From Azolla caroliniana (lineage: Eukaryota; Plantae; Polypodiophyta), in assembly GCA_043228905.1 (NCBI GenBank), contig JBHGNT010000013.1, forward strand, positions 9,300,001 through 9,364,000: a DNA stretch of 64,000 nt, in the 5' to 3' direction. Numbering within the stretch: position 1 is the stretch's first letter; each line of letters starts with the position of its first letter. The notes under the pieces were generated by a model, which saw nothing but the letters and a program-made list of their open reading frames with translations, did no database searches and was not told the DNA's origin. The translations under genes and the position numbers were made by a program. Shown here piece after piece: positions 51,350 through 64,000 of this stretch.

Positions 51350-54300
51350 TTTCTGCACTACAGTCGCTCTGATACCAAATTGTTAGAAATTGACGCTTTC
51401 AAAACCTTCCCCTCTCGGCCACAACCGAGGAAACTCGAATCAATGCAGCAATAAATCGAAAACACAGAGAGAGACTCGAATGCACAGGGTTTAGCGTGGA
51501 AAACCCTAGACGGGAAAAACCACGGGAGTGCAAGACTCCAACTATCACTATACGCAGTGAATGTACAATGGCGAGCTGCAAAGCGACGACCTTGAGCTCG
51601 CTGTCCTCGCCACAAGCGGCGGTATTACACAGAGGCGTCGACCTCTTCCTTTCTCTCTCTCTCACTCTCTCTCTCGGCTGCTCTCACTTCGCTCCCTCTA
51701 AGTGGAAAACAGAAAAATGAGCAACAACTCCAAAACTGTTTGCCCTAAGTCATATTTATACACATATGACTTTCGGGCTATTTACAAATATAGCCTCAAG
51801 GGCCCTTGGCAAACATATTCACAAATATGTCCCCGCATCCGGATCTCTCTCTGGGTACATTCATCATCCGGCTCCGTAGCCGGGGTCTTCATCATCCGGC
51901 TCCGGAACCGGGTCTTCATCATCCGGCTCCGATACCGGGTACTCCTCGTTCGGGTCTTCATTCCCGATTCCCGGACATCTGACCATCCCATCCGGAGGGA
52001 CCGTAATCCCAACAGTTTCTTACTCTCGAATGCTATTGGTTTACCATCTTGATACAAGACAACACCTATAGCATAATCGCTTGCATCGGTTTCAACCTCA
52101 AAAGGTTTTGAAGGATCAGGTAAAAGAAGTGAAGGAGCCTTGCAAACCAGGTCCTTGAGTTCCTTAAAGGCGAGGTCTAGTGTAGCATTCCACACAATAG
52201 GTTTTGTAGACTTACGTGTTTGACCTTTTAAAAGATTAATAAACGGCGTCGTCAATTGGGAGTAATTACGAAGAGACTTTCGCAAAAACCCGACAAAACC
52301 TAGGAATGATCGAACTTCTCGAATATTCCGAAGAGTGGGCCAAAGCTTGATTTTCTCAATGCGAGAAGGATCAATTTCAACTCCTCGTTCGGTTATGAGA
52401 TGTCCTAGATAAGTAATTGATTTCTTGAAGAACTCACATTTTGAGATCTTTGCATAAAACTGTTTGTCACATAATGTTTGTAAAACAAAGCGGACATGTC
52501 TAGCATGTTCTTGTAATGTACGGCTATAAACTAAAATATCATCCAAGAAAATAACGACAAATTTTCCAAGTTGTTCTCGGAAAATGTCATTCATTTCTTG
52601 TTGAAAAGTAGCAGGAGCATTGGTCAAACCAAAAGGCATAACCAAAAACTCGTAATGGCCATAGCGTGTACGAAATGCCGTTTTAGGAACATCATCCTCA
52701 CTTATTCGTATTTGATGGTAGCCAGTACGGAGATCAAGTTTCGTAAAATACCGAGCTCCTTGGAGACGGTCAATTAGATCGTCAGCTCGGGGCAATGGGT
52801 ACGAATTCTTGATTGTCACTTTATTCAAGCGTCGGTAATTAATACACACACGCCATGTGCCCTCTTTCTTTTTAACCAAGAGAACTGGTGCACCCCATGG
52901 AGATTTACTATAACGTATATAACCCATTCGTAAATAGTCCTTGAGTTGCTTAGATACCTCATCTTCTTCGGATCGACTTAAGCGATACGGAGGTATACTT
53001 ATTGGTGCAATAGTAGGTACAATATCTATACGATGGTCTATATTACGTTTAGGAGGTAACCCATCAGGTAGTTCACTTGGAAAAACATCATGAAAATCAT
53101 TTAAGATTTCATCAAGTTGTTGTTCAAAATATGTTAATTGAACCGGGACATTATCGATATTGTAAATGTGAATGTCTGGATCAAGTACACAATAAAATAA
53201 TGTAGAACAAGACAACTGGGATATTGATGGACACGAGGAAACAATCGAGAGGGATTGTTTTTTTACACATTGAATAAAATGCGTACACTCGTTCAGTTAC
53301 AAAAGAAAGGGAATGACGAACCCAATCAATAAATAAAGAAGAGTTTTTATTATAAAACCAGGGATAACCCAGTATTACATTGGTGGTACAAAGATTCATT
53401 ACATGGAAGTCTACTTCCTCTATATAAGTATCAATAGAAATTCCTAATGAATGAATCGCCCTGTTGATGTATTCTACTCTTCCATTAGCCAAGTGCACTG
53501 TGTAGGTGTGATCACTTACGGTGGGTTGGATTCCCCATATTTGAACCAAACGATCATTCACAAAATTGTGTGAGCTTCCTGAATCAAATAAAAATTGTAC
53601 GGGAGATCCATTGATATACCCGTTTGCACGTAGTAAATCATTGGGACCCAATACATAGTGAGGGAAAGAACATTGACAATTACTTAAATGATGTGTATAG
53701 ACCTGAAGGACATTAGGAATCTGACCTTTATGGTCTGCAGCTTTAGCTTTGTTGTCGTGCTCTTTCCGTTGGAGCTTTCGACATTGATCTTTTGTATGAC
53801 CCTTCTTTTTGCAGAATACACAAAAAGGATGTTGTCGCTTACAATCGCGATCCAAGAATTCGTTGGGTGTCTTGCGTTTCCCAACAAATTGCGACTGCTT
53901 AGTCCCGGGCGCTTCGTTGGATTTGTTATGGTCCTTCTTCGAAGTGCGTTGATAGCGAAGAACTATTTCAACGGCCTCTTCGAAGGATTTTGGATCCTTA
54001 TCGTGCACTATCCAGTGATAGTCCGAATTGGGGATGCCATTGACAAAACAAGCTATCAACCAATTGTCCCCTTCTAGACCCGATTTTTGGATTTGGGTTC
54101 TAGCATGGTGAACATAGTCTTCTAGCAAGGAAAATTTCCTGCTAGAGAGGTTCATTAAAGCTTGTGCTGCCTCGGTTCGAGAGGGAGGTTGCAGAAATTG
54201 GCCCTTAAAAACCGTAACAAAATCTATCTAGGTATCGGGCAATTTCCCACAGTACGGAGCCCACGCAACCAGGCGGCGGCCTTACCCCCGAGTTCTCGGC

Positions 54301-56115
54301 CGACATATGCAATCTTCGTACTATCTGGCGTGGGATAGAGCTCAAAATGAGACTCCCATCGTCCCAGCCATGTGCAGATTGCTTCTTCGGTTCTTTCCTT
54401 TTTGTCTCCCGTAAATGGCTTAACGACAAATGATGGTTCACCTTGTCACTCATCAGGTCTATTAGTCTCGCGTTGTCGACTAATGACACGTGCCTCGAGA
54501 GCACTTTGAGATTGCCGAAGTTCGGTCATCTGTTGAGCGGTGAAACTAAGGTATTGGGTTATTTGTGCCAAATACATCTCAGTGGACATTTGTCCAGGAG
54601 GATTCCCTTGAGTTCCTTCCGCTTGAGCGGATGACATCGGGTCGTTAATTTGAGCCATTAAAGATTATTTCTGGAAAAGAAATAGGATAAGGTCAGAGAG
54701 ATAGTCATAACATCATGTCGTGATGTAAACATATCATGGGCAAACATTAATCAATATCATGATCTCACGTCAATACCCCTCTAGACGTATGAGATGAGGT
54801 TCAAGATCAAGTTACTATGGTAACACAAAGGTGTTTTAAAAACCATGGGGGTGAAAATTAAATGTCTTTCCCTGATCTCTATATCGATTTTTTCATGGTG
54901 GCTCCCCGAGGCTCAACCATGTATGTTCGCGTCATGAATAGTTTATACACGAAAAAAATGTTAACAATAAACTATGTTTCGGTGCCCACATATGTGGTTT
55001 CGGCTCTTTAAGTCCTATTACGAGGACCCCGAGGTGCACTTAGACCTTAAGTCTAAACATGTGTTATAGTCATATGTATCAAGGATGTTGTATGGTCTTG
55101 TCATATTTGAACTTGAGACCTCGAGAACAAATACATTAAACACTTGAGCCAACCAAGTAAGTTGCTCTTCTCGAATGCTTAATGTTTGATGCGTATAAGA
55201 GATATGCGAGGCAATTGATCATATATGTTTTTTTTAAAAGAACATATATGTCAAGGGTCCTTATTTCGCCCTCATTTACCAAAACTATGTTGGTACGTTA
55301 CCTAACCTCAAGTCTCGTAATTACGATGGCATACGCCAAAGTGCAACCTAATGGTCAAGCCAAATGAGCCCTAGTTTCGTAGTAGGTTCACGTGGGCCAT
55401 CATATGGTCAGGTCATTACGAATGCCTCTCGTAAGAATGAGCTCATGGTGGCATCGTATCCATGTAACGAGGGAGGGATGTTGGATAGGTGCGGCATTGG
55501 AGCGACCTCACTTGAAGTGGGTCAAGCCCTACGTACTCAACATCATTATGGCTATTGGCGTTTCTTTACGTAACGAAATCGAGGTCATCAACGGGGTTAT
55601 TAACAATAAAAAATTGTTCAAAAAGGGATGGTGACAACGCCATTCTCTCAAAAATGTGAGGACGGCCACCAACATCCTTGTTAACTCTTAGGGCCGGACA
55701 ATGGCCTAACACAGGGTGTCTACGGAAGACACTTCACCAAAGGGTGTTACGGCAACCGGATTAGACTCAACGCTTACTCCAACTTAATTAAGTTACTAAG
55801 CATGATCGTCTTTCATAATCACACGCGTAAGATATAACAATTAAGATAGAATGACAATTAACACAGAGAGATAACAACGCTAAGCTTTCATTCATTAACC
55901 GCTATCTATTACATTGTATCCGGGCCTTTAAATAGGTTTCCGGTCTGTATTACAAAACGGTGCCATCCGCACCTGTTCGGGATCGGTCCGGATCTGGAAC
56001 GGCATATCGATTCCGGTCCGTCCGTCCACACTCATAGCTTAATTACAACCACATTCCTACAACTTAATTAACTCTCTGTTTCCCACTCTGGACTCCTTTG
56101 CCGGCCGGTAACACA

Positions 56116-56157
56116 TGGCACGCCCGTGGGACAGTACCTTGTACGTCGAATCCACAA
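56116..56157 (-). promoter_or_regulatory. tRNA-Arg(UCU) 3'-part-like motif at the PPT position of G
   Basis: Sense strand TTGTGGATTCGA-CGTACAAGGTACT-GTCCCACGGGCGTGCCA-TG then the LTR. Confidence 0.87.
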
Positions 56158-56167
56158 CCGAACCTTG

Positions 56168-58957
56168 CTATTCTTCGTCCAAAATATCCAAAATGCTTTG
56201 TTTGAGAGGCTCCAATGGTTCATTTGGAAGTGGTTGTTGTTGTTGTTGTTGCTGCTGCTCTGTTGATGTCTGCTGCGGCGGGTCCGTTGGTGGCTGCTAT
56301 GGCTGCTCCTCTGTTTGTTGCCCTGACACCGGCGTCTCCGTCATTGCTCCCTTCGTCGTAGTGGTCTCCAGTTGACTGGTTCCGGGCTGGCCCTCAGCCG
56401 GCGATGGTTCTTCATTACTAAGGTTAACCGTTGCCGCTTCCCTTGCTTTTTCTTCCCGAACCCGGGACCGCTCGTAGCTTTCAAACTGAATTTGAGCGTC
56501 CAGACTATCATCGTCTAACTGAGCTACGAGCTGCCTGACCTGCGCCAGTTCTTCATCTGCCAGGACTTGGAAGTCGTCGACCAGCTCGTCCCGTATGGCG
56601 GTGAAGTCCTCGGAAGTCAACGTATAACAATCATCTCCTTCCTTCCGCCGGTTTGCCACATCTGCCCGTAGCAACTGGAGTCCCGCTGCATTTTGTGCCC
56701 ACTTTGTCCACCATTTTACGGAGCTTTCATCAATCAAGTGTTTTGTCTGATTCAGCCATGCCCGGAGGATGGACTGAATCCGGCTCGTTCCCAATTGCGA
56801 TTTGGTTTCCGCCGCTTGCCGTTCCTCCTACAGTTGCTTGATGATTTTGACGTTGTCTTCCGCCTGCGCCTTGTAATGCGTCAATTGCCTTTGATATGTA
56901 CTTTGTAATTTCTGCAATACTGTTGACGTTCTCTCTTTTTCTTCCTGTTGCTGCCTCTGGAGCTCCATCCGGACCTTCTCCGCCTCGTCCAAGCGTCTTG
57001 TATTTTCCGCACGTTCGTCGACGATCGCCGTCGCGGCCTGATCAACTGCCTGCTGGAGCTCGGCCATCCGTTCTTTATGCTCCGTTTCCAGCCGTTTGTA
57101 GTCCCGGTGCAGGTGCTCAAAATCATCTGTCTTTTGCTTGAGCCGTGCGTTGATCTGACGACGGGCCCGGTCCTCGCGGTCCTTCTGCTGGCGGAGCTCT
57201 TCCTTTAGCCATTCAATCTCTGTTTCTGCCGTTTTCCGCAGCTTGTCCTTTTCCTGCAGCACTCTGTCTTTCTCCTCCTTTAGCCGGTCGTACGCTTGAT
57301 GGCCTTTCCGAAGGCTCTCCTCTGCCCGACGGAGGTTCTCAGGAGTCCTCTTTAATTCGGCTTCGGCCGCTATCTTCAATTCTCGTTCACGGCTCCTTAG
57401 CGCTTCTTGTGCGGCAAGTTCGTCTCTCAATTCCGCAAGCTCCTGGGCTTGCGCCGCATCTCTCGCCGGAACGGTTTCCGTTGCCGGGGTCTTATTGCTA
57501 TGTACAGGTCGATCCGTTTCTTTATTCTGTACACTTACCGGAGTCACCAGTGATTGGATCTGTGTTGCCGTTAAGGCCATTTTGGCCATCTCTGTCGTGA
57601 CCTGATCCAAGTCTTTTTCAAGGCATCAGATTCTGGACCGGGCCGTCTCTAGTTGTTCGGTTGTGACAAGCAACCGTTCGCTTTGCGCTCTTTCTTCCGC
57701 CTCAATGTACCCCACTGCTCCGGCTATCTGTTCGCCTATCTACCGGAGCCAAAGGCTACCGGTGCCTTGTTGTGCTTGCACGGAGGTTTGACAGATGGGC
57801 TCACTTGTAGATGAGTGGTCCCGCCTGGTTGCGCCGAGTTGCAGTTCCATTTCTGCCCGTGGAGCACCCTGCTGTCCTGATTCCCCTTGCGCTTCTTCTT
57901 GGCTGGCCGAGGGAGGCTGCATTGACCTTTCTGGCTCTGGCGGGATGGGACTTGCCGGAGTTGCCGGTGGTGCCGGGGCTTCTGATTCCGGTGCCATGCG
58001 CACCGGTTCCGGTTCCTTCCTTGGCGTGGGAGTCTTAGTATGGGGAGCCGGTGTTCCCTCCGTTTGAGGGTCCGAACGTTTCCCGACTGCCTCAACGGTC
58101 CTTGCCGACGACCGTCGCTGGAGGTGCTCCGTAGGCTCCTCCTCTATTTCCTCTTCCTGAGCCCCGGCATTGAGTTTTGCCGCCAAGGGGTCCGCTTCTC
58201 TATTCACCGGTCGGCGGAGTGTAACCTTTACGGGCCGTGCCGGTGGTTCCTCCTGCGCCTCCGTTGGGCGCTTCCGGCTGCCGCTTCCTGCTGCCGCCTA
58301 TTCTGCATCCGCCGCCTTTCCCTTAGTGGCCTTAGAGGCCAACAACTGTTGTCGTTTGGAAGCCGTCTTTGGGGTGCCGTCCGCCACTCTTCCTCGCTTC
58401 TTGGGTTGGACGGGTTGGACGGGTGGCACAAGCAAGGTGAGCGACTGCGTTACGGCGTGCCATATCCTCCGTCTGTCTCGGCCTTCTTTGCCGTCTTTGC
58501 CTCTGACGATCTCGATCGCCGCACACAACCTGTCTGCGATCAATACCGGCCAATCCACCTTGATCCCTTCATAGGTGGCGATGATCATCCCTGCCCGATT
58601 CTGCGGCATGACAGGGGGTCTAGGGTACACGTGGCCGTATTCGTGGAGCACACGAGCAATCTCGCGGAACAGCATATCTCTGCCGCCCTTTATCCGGTAG
58701 CCCTTGCTGGCTAGAGAGTACTCACCAAAATACCTGATGAGTTGCTCCGGGGTTGGATTGTCGATCGTGAGTATGCCTCCCTCCGGAAGGCCTGTTAACG
58801 CTCGAATCGCTTCTGCCGTTATGACCTCTGTGTCGATTTCTTTGATCACTTTGTCGGCTTCTTTGTGTGGCGGTACTTCCATCATCATCAAGAAGCCCTC
58901 GAGCCCGTGTTGCTTTAGCCATGTCTTGGTGGCTTCTGACAACGTTTGCGGGTCCAT
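56168..58957 (-). pseudogene. Element G extra ORF3 (~930 aa)
   Basis: ORFs 58298..59179, 57740..58207, 56828..57610 and 56297..56794 share one frame, ending ..SILDILDEE*. Confidence 0.85.
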
Positions 58958-59312
58958 TTCTGTGTCGAGGTCGGATTGCGGTGGCGAGGTTGGATGGTGA
59001 TGAGAGTGAGGTTGAGAGAGAGAAAGTTCAGAAGGCGGGGGTTCTCTGTGCGCAGGTTCTCGTCTGATGATCTTGCAGCGTCTTGGTGCTTCCGTGCTCC
59101 TGGGTTCGCGAAAGTAAAGGGTCTCTACGCGCAGTGGTTTTTGTCTGTGCATTCTGGCGCCTTTTTTGAGTGTGTGCATGTCGTGTACTAAAATAGCATT
59201 ATGTCCTGTGGTGGCGCTTTAAATGGCCACTACGTACCTTTTCGCTCCTCGCTCTTTCATCCATTCATTCCTCGCTTTTGCATGATTGTTTTTTTTATTT
59301 TTATTTGTTTTT

Positions 59313-59347
<35 letters not shown>

Positions 59348-59378
59348 TTTTTTAATAATAATTTAATTTAGTGTGACG

Positions 59379-60050
59379 TTACTTGTCCGTTGGTCCTCTT
59401 GGACCCTTACCGGCCTCATTTTCCCCAGTTACCGGCTCGCCGTCTCTGCCGTCTTGGTGGTTGCCGTTTCCCTCACTGGTGTCGGTCCTCTGCTCAAATG
59501 GTTTCTTAGGCATCGGTCCTCTAAATGGCTTCAACCGGAATCCGTTGACCCATTTTCCTAGCACTTCGCCGGCAAGTGTCCCTAACTGGTAGGACCCATT
59601 ATACTCTCGTGTTAGCCAATACGGTCCGGTCCATCTAAACCGTAGTTTACCCGGCATCTTGCCCATCCGGGTCTGAAATACTAACACCGGTTTGCCAATT
59701 GCGAACATTTTTTCGTTTCCTTTCCTGTGCCGGTCGACAAATGCTTTCCTTCGCCGCTGCTCCAATTCTAAGTGCAGGATGTTGGCCAGTCGTTGCTCCT
59801 CGAGTTCACACAGCGCTGTCAACCGTATTGCCTCCGACTCCTTCTCGTTCAGCCGTTCCCGTAGCTGGATCCATAAGCTGGGTACTTGGAATTCCACCGA
59901 CATTACTGCCTCTAGTCCGAACGCTAACCGAAACGGTGTTGTTCGGATGCTCGTCTTGTATGCCGTCCGGTATGCCCAAAACGCGCTATGTAGCTTTGTG
60001 TCCCAATCCGTTCGGTTTTCGTTGACGATCTTCCGGAGGATATTCTGGAG
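59379..60050 (-). pseudogene. Element G integrase C-terminus
   Basis: LQNILRKIVNENRTDW..GKLRFRWTGPYW, closely similar to C. Confidence 0.92.
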
Positions 60051-63000
60051 CAACACCGGGACATTTGAAATAGGTAATATGTCGCATTTTGAGAATTGTC
60101 CATCAAAAAATGACACAAATTAGGGTGACTCACAAAAAGGGGTGCCGCATGCGTAAAGGAATTTTAAAAATGACCCAAAAATATATTGATTTTTAACATG
60201 TACGGAAATTTAGGTGTTCAAAAAAATGCCTAAATAATGGACATGCCAAACTTACAAATGAATGTCCAAAATGACTAACCCCAATATTTATAGAAATTCT
60301 GAATCCAAATCTTGATGTGCAATACAATATTTATAGTTAACGTATCAGGACAATCAATTTTCAAGTTTATGTCATCATCTTCATACCCATTAGATGAACT
60401 AGTACGAGTTTATGAGGTCTCATCCTCATCATCAATGGCAACTAATGCATTGTGTTGATCCAATTGCAATCCAACCTCATCGAGTTTATGAGTCATGCTT
60501 CTTGTTTGTCTTTGTGTTGTGTCTGAAGCCACATTCCAAATCCTCTTTTAGTATCTTCATTGTGGTCTGTCACAGATAACTTGTTTTGGTCAAAGATAAG
60601 TCATACACTAATATATAAACATTATCCAATGTAAGAGTAGATGTGCTTGATGCATCTTTCCTCCTCACTTTTTGGTTATGATATTTCATTATTTACTTTC
60701 CATTTACAAGTTTAGATTATGTGAGAGAAGCTTTCTACCAAAATCATTAGAATCTAAAAAATGTCTTAAAGATGTTTTCCATTTTTCTTAGATTCTCATA
60801 GTAAGCCTTTGATGTCGTACAGAAATCCGATTCATTCCATCTAGATTTGACGCAACATGTCGAATTTTACTCTATACATCTAGAATTGGATATAATGCAT
60901 CAGATTCCTGTAAGTCTTGGAATTTTTTTAAAAAATTCTATTAAAAAAATACTCTTGCATTTTAATGCATTGCATTGAATTCTAGCTACATAGACTAAAA
61001 TATGATACATTGCATGGATTTCCCGAAAATACATAAATAAATACAAATTGAAAAAATAAAACATTTTCCCATAAATAAATAAATAAACATTTTTTATTTT
61101 ACTCGTAAATAAATAAATAAAAATTGAAAAATTAGATTTCAATGGAAATCCAATTCCGTGCATCGGATTCAATTGAAAATCCAATTTCTCTTATTTTTTT
61201 GAAAATTTTCTTATTTTTTGAATTGTTTTTGAATTTGTTTTTAATTTTCCCATAAAAAAATAAATAAAAATTGGAAAAATGGATTTTCAACGGAAATCCG
61301 ATGCACTGCATCGGATTTTGGTTGAAAGTCCACTTTTACGTACTTTTTTCCAAATTTGCTTTTTTTTTGAATTTGTTTGAAATTTTTTGAAATTTTTCTA
61401 TAAAAAATAAATAAATATTGAAAAAATAGATTTTTAATGGAAATCCGATGCACTGCATCGGATTTCCATAGAAGATCCACTTTTTCTTATTTTTTTCCAA
61501 ATTTTCATAGTTTTTAGAATTTTTTTGGTATTTTGTTTGTCTATTTTCTCATAAATAACTATATAGAAATTGAAAAAATGAATTTTCAAAGGAAATCCGA
61601 TGCATTGCATCGGATTTCTATTGAAAGTCCACTTTTTGCTATTTGTTACCAAATTTTCATATTTTAAAATATTTTTTTGTGTTTTAAATTTTTTTTTTCA
61701 TTTTTTCCCATAAATAAATAAATAAAAATTGTAAAAAATGGGTTTTCAACAGAAATCTGATGTACTGTTGAAAATCCATTTTGTCTTATTTGTTTCCAAT
61801 TTTTCAGATATTTTGAATTTGTTTTTGTATTTGTTTTGAATTTTGTTTGTTTTTATCATAAATAAATATATAGGAATTGAGAAAAATGGATTTTCAACGG
61901 AAATCCGATGCACTTCATCGGATTTCCATTGAAAGTCCACTTTTTCTTGTTGTTTTACAAATTTTCTTATTTGTTTATATTTTTCTCTAAAAAAGTGTTA
62001 AAAATAAACAAATTGTGATTTTCTCCATTTAAAATGATGTGTTTTCAACGGGAATCCGATGCACTGCATCGGATTCCCGTTGAAAACACATCATTTTCAA
62101 CAGGATTTTCAATGGAAATCCGATGCACTACATCAGATTCCGTTCAAAATCACTGAGTTCCAACATAAATCCGATGCAGTGCATCGGATTTCCGTTCAAA
62201 GTCCAATATTTTTCTTATGTTTTTTCATAAAACATTAATTTGCAATTGAAATCTGACTCAATGGTTCAGATTTTGTTGAAAATGTAATATTTTTTTATTA
62301 TCTCATTGTTTTATGAAAAACCTAAAAGAAATTTGGATTTTTAATTGAAATTTGATGTAGTGCATTAGATTTCAGTTGGAAATCCACTTTTTTAATATAT
62401 TTTTATTTATTTTTTGAAAAAATGAAAAACAATTGAAAAGAAAGAGGATTGCCAGCTAAAATCTGATGCAATGCATCAATGTCTAGCTGTATAGACTACG
62501 ATCTGATGTAGTGTATCGGATTTCAGTTGAAAAGCCGTTTATTATTTTTTATATGGAAAATAAATAAATAAATAACATTGGAAAAAGAAAAAAGAAAAAT
62601 GGATTTTCGACTCTAATCCAACACATTGCATTAGATTCTAGCTATATATACTAAAATATAATGTAGTGCATAGTATTTTAGCTAAAAATCCATTTTTTAT
62701 TTTTTAATGGAAATTTTTTTAAATATTACAAAAAAAAAAAACTTGGATTTTCAACTGAAATTTAGTGCATCGCATCGGATTCCAATTAAAAATCCAAGAT
62801 TTTTTATTTTTTCAAATTTTATTGTTTCAAATTTTCAATGGGTTTTAGATTAGTTTTCTGACACAAGTATATAATATAAAACTTACATCAATTTAGATTA
62901 ACGTTATATTCTATTCTTCAGTTTGATGTTACCTGTGCAATTTCATTCTACTGTCATGTACTACTAAAACATACGCCTTAAAGATTATCAGGAACTCTGT

Positions 63001-63978
63001 TGCATTAGAGAAGGACCTTGAGCAAGTTAATGTCATCAAAATGAGGATCCAAGGTATCTGGGGTTGTCCTGATCAAGACCAAGAAGTTGGGGCAAAGCAT
63101 ATCAATAAAACTTAGATGTTCCAGATGACTTTTAGAAAACTTGTGGAACTATAGATGAAGACGCAGGGCAACTTGTTGAATTAGAAGACGTTTCAGAGTC
63201 TGAACATACTAACAATTCAACTTAGCGTACTGACGAAGCCAATGAGGACAATCCTGATGAAAGAGCTAATCCTGAGTAGACGGCTTTACCAGACTTATTA
63301 TTCGATTGAATGGTTATGGCTTATTGTAAATTTTGAACAATATGAATTGTTAAATTTTGACGTAATATATAAGTTGAGCTTACTTATAATTTTCGTGTAA
63401 CAATCATTGAGCTTAGAAATTAAGTATACTTGTATGTGTACATGTTATCTAAACTCTCCTTTATCATTTGGGGTATATCGGAGATAAGTTTATACTCTAT
63501 CATTTACTCGTATGATTGGAATGTTATTGTAGACTAGTTTATTTATACATTGACAGTGTCATGTATCACGTGTCAATGCAAATTTTCTCTTGACATAGTA
63601 GTATCTCTTAATTGCAAGGTTCACAATTTGCTTTAAGATGTATTATATTTAAATATACACACATAATTAGAAGAAGTCACTTATTCAATTGGGCATGCTT
63701 TTTAGAATATGCACAAGGACCCGTGTTACTATTATACTTGTGTTGACAAATACACCCTTGTCTAAGATTTGGACAAAAACATGGTAGATAGAATATACGT
63801 CGGATGATTTTGTTGACATGATATTAGTTAGTTCTTTTTTTCACTATGTTTTCATGAACCACATACACATGCGTCATGCCTTGTTGAAATTCTGCTTAAA
63901 TAAGGCATTTTTTAACATCTCACTAAGATATGAAAAAGAGAATGCGACATATTACCTGTTTCAAATCACCCGGTGTTG
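60051..63978. mobile_element. 3.9-kb non-autonomous TIR DNA transposon (K) in G integrase
   Basis: ~38-bp TIRs CAACACCGGG..ATTTGAAA.AGGTAATATGTCGCATT at both ends; removing it with one AG copy restores the integrase frame (2-bp TSD). Confidence 0.9.
60890..62790. repeat. Array of palindromic units (core AATCCGATGCACTGCATCGGATT) with AT-rich spacers
   Basis: About a dozen intact or degenerate copies, ~150-bp spacing on the left; perfect 67-bp palindrome at 62031-62097. Confidence 0.9.
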
Positions 63979-64000
63979 AGCGTCTTGTTCGTTGATTCCG

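Larger units (their letters stand above)
46595..52014 (-). mobile_element. Full-length young Ty1/copia element J inserted in RNase H of I
   Basis: LTRs 46595-47283 and 51381-52014 (about 4 substitutions plus a 55-bp indel); TSD GTTTC; PBS 51366-51377(-); PPT GAAGGGGGAG. Confidence 0.96.
44411..55678 (-). mobile_element. Chromovirus (Tcn1-like) Ty3/gypsy element I; 5' LTR not in window
   Basis: 3' LTR ~44411-44854; PPT GAGGGGGAG(-); chromodomain remnant (FKIKW..DATWE); INT 44971..45921; RT-RH 52015-53215 and 46096-46594; gag-PR 53181-54658. Confidence 0.9.
55679..64000 (-). mobile_element. Ty3/gypsy element G (C-related), continues beyond window
   Basis: 3' LTR 55679-56113, ORF3, INT C-terminus 59379-60050 resuming at 63979 (ESTNKTLQNIL). 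Confidence 0.92.

Noticed and set aside
56115-56375. Antisense MARPW.. ORFs (also 39035..39379)
   Set aside because: The shared start is just the translated tRNA motif; downstream sequence is not conserved
60890-62790. CRISPR array
   Set aside because: Spacers are related low-complexity AT tracts, repeats are degenerate, there are no cas genes, and the context is a eukaryotic TE
62920-63300. Transposase or captured exon inside element K
   Set aside because: Coding-like acidic stretch after an AG, but multiple stops and no recognisable motif

Overview
Gene-free, heavily nested transposon block from a plant genome. The element families suggest a bryophyte, which is an inference. Boundaries were set by eye from TG..CA LTR ends, 5-bp TSDs, PBS and PPT. 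The window holds six Ty1/copia elements (A, B, D, F, H, J), one chromovirus Ty3/gypsy (I), three diverged non-chromovirus Ty3/gypsy elements (C, E, G), two LINE fragments, an 824-bp hAT-like MITE and a 3.9-kb TIR element with a palindrome array. Main observation: C, E and G have no polypurine tract. Exactly 2 nt before the 3' LTR each instead carries a sense-strand copy of the 3' part of tRNA-Arg(UCU) ending in CCA, split by a 13-nt hairpin with compensatory changes. C and E also have a normal 5' PBS. This points to tRNA priming at both ends, or to an antisense replication template. All three also encode a conserved ~930-970 aa extra ORF that is not env-like. The tRNA sequences are recalled from land-plant tRNAs and must be verified.
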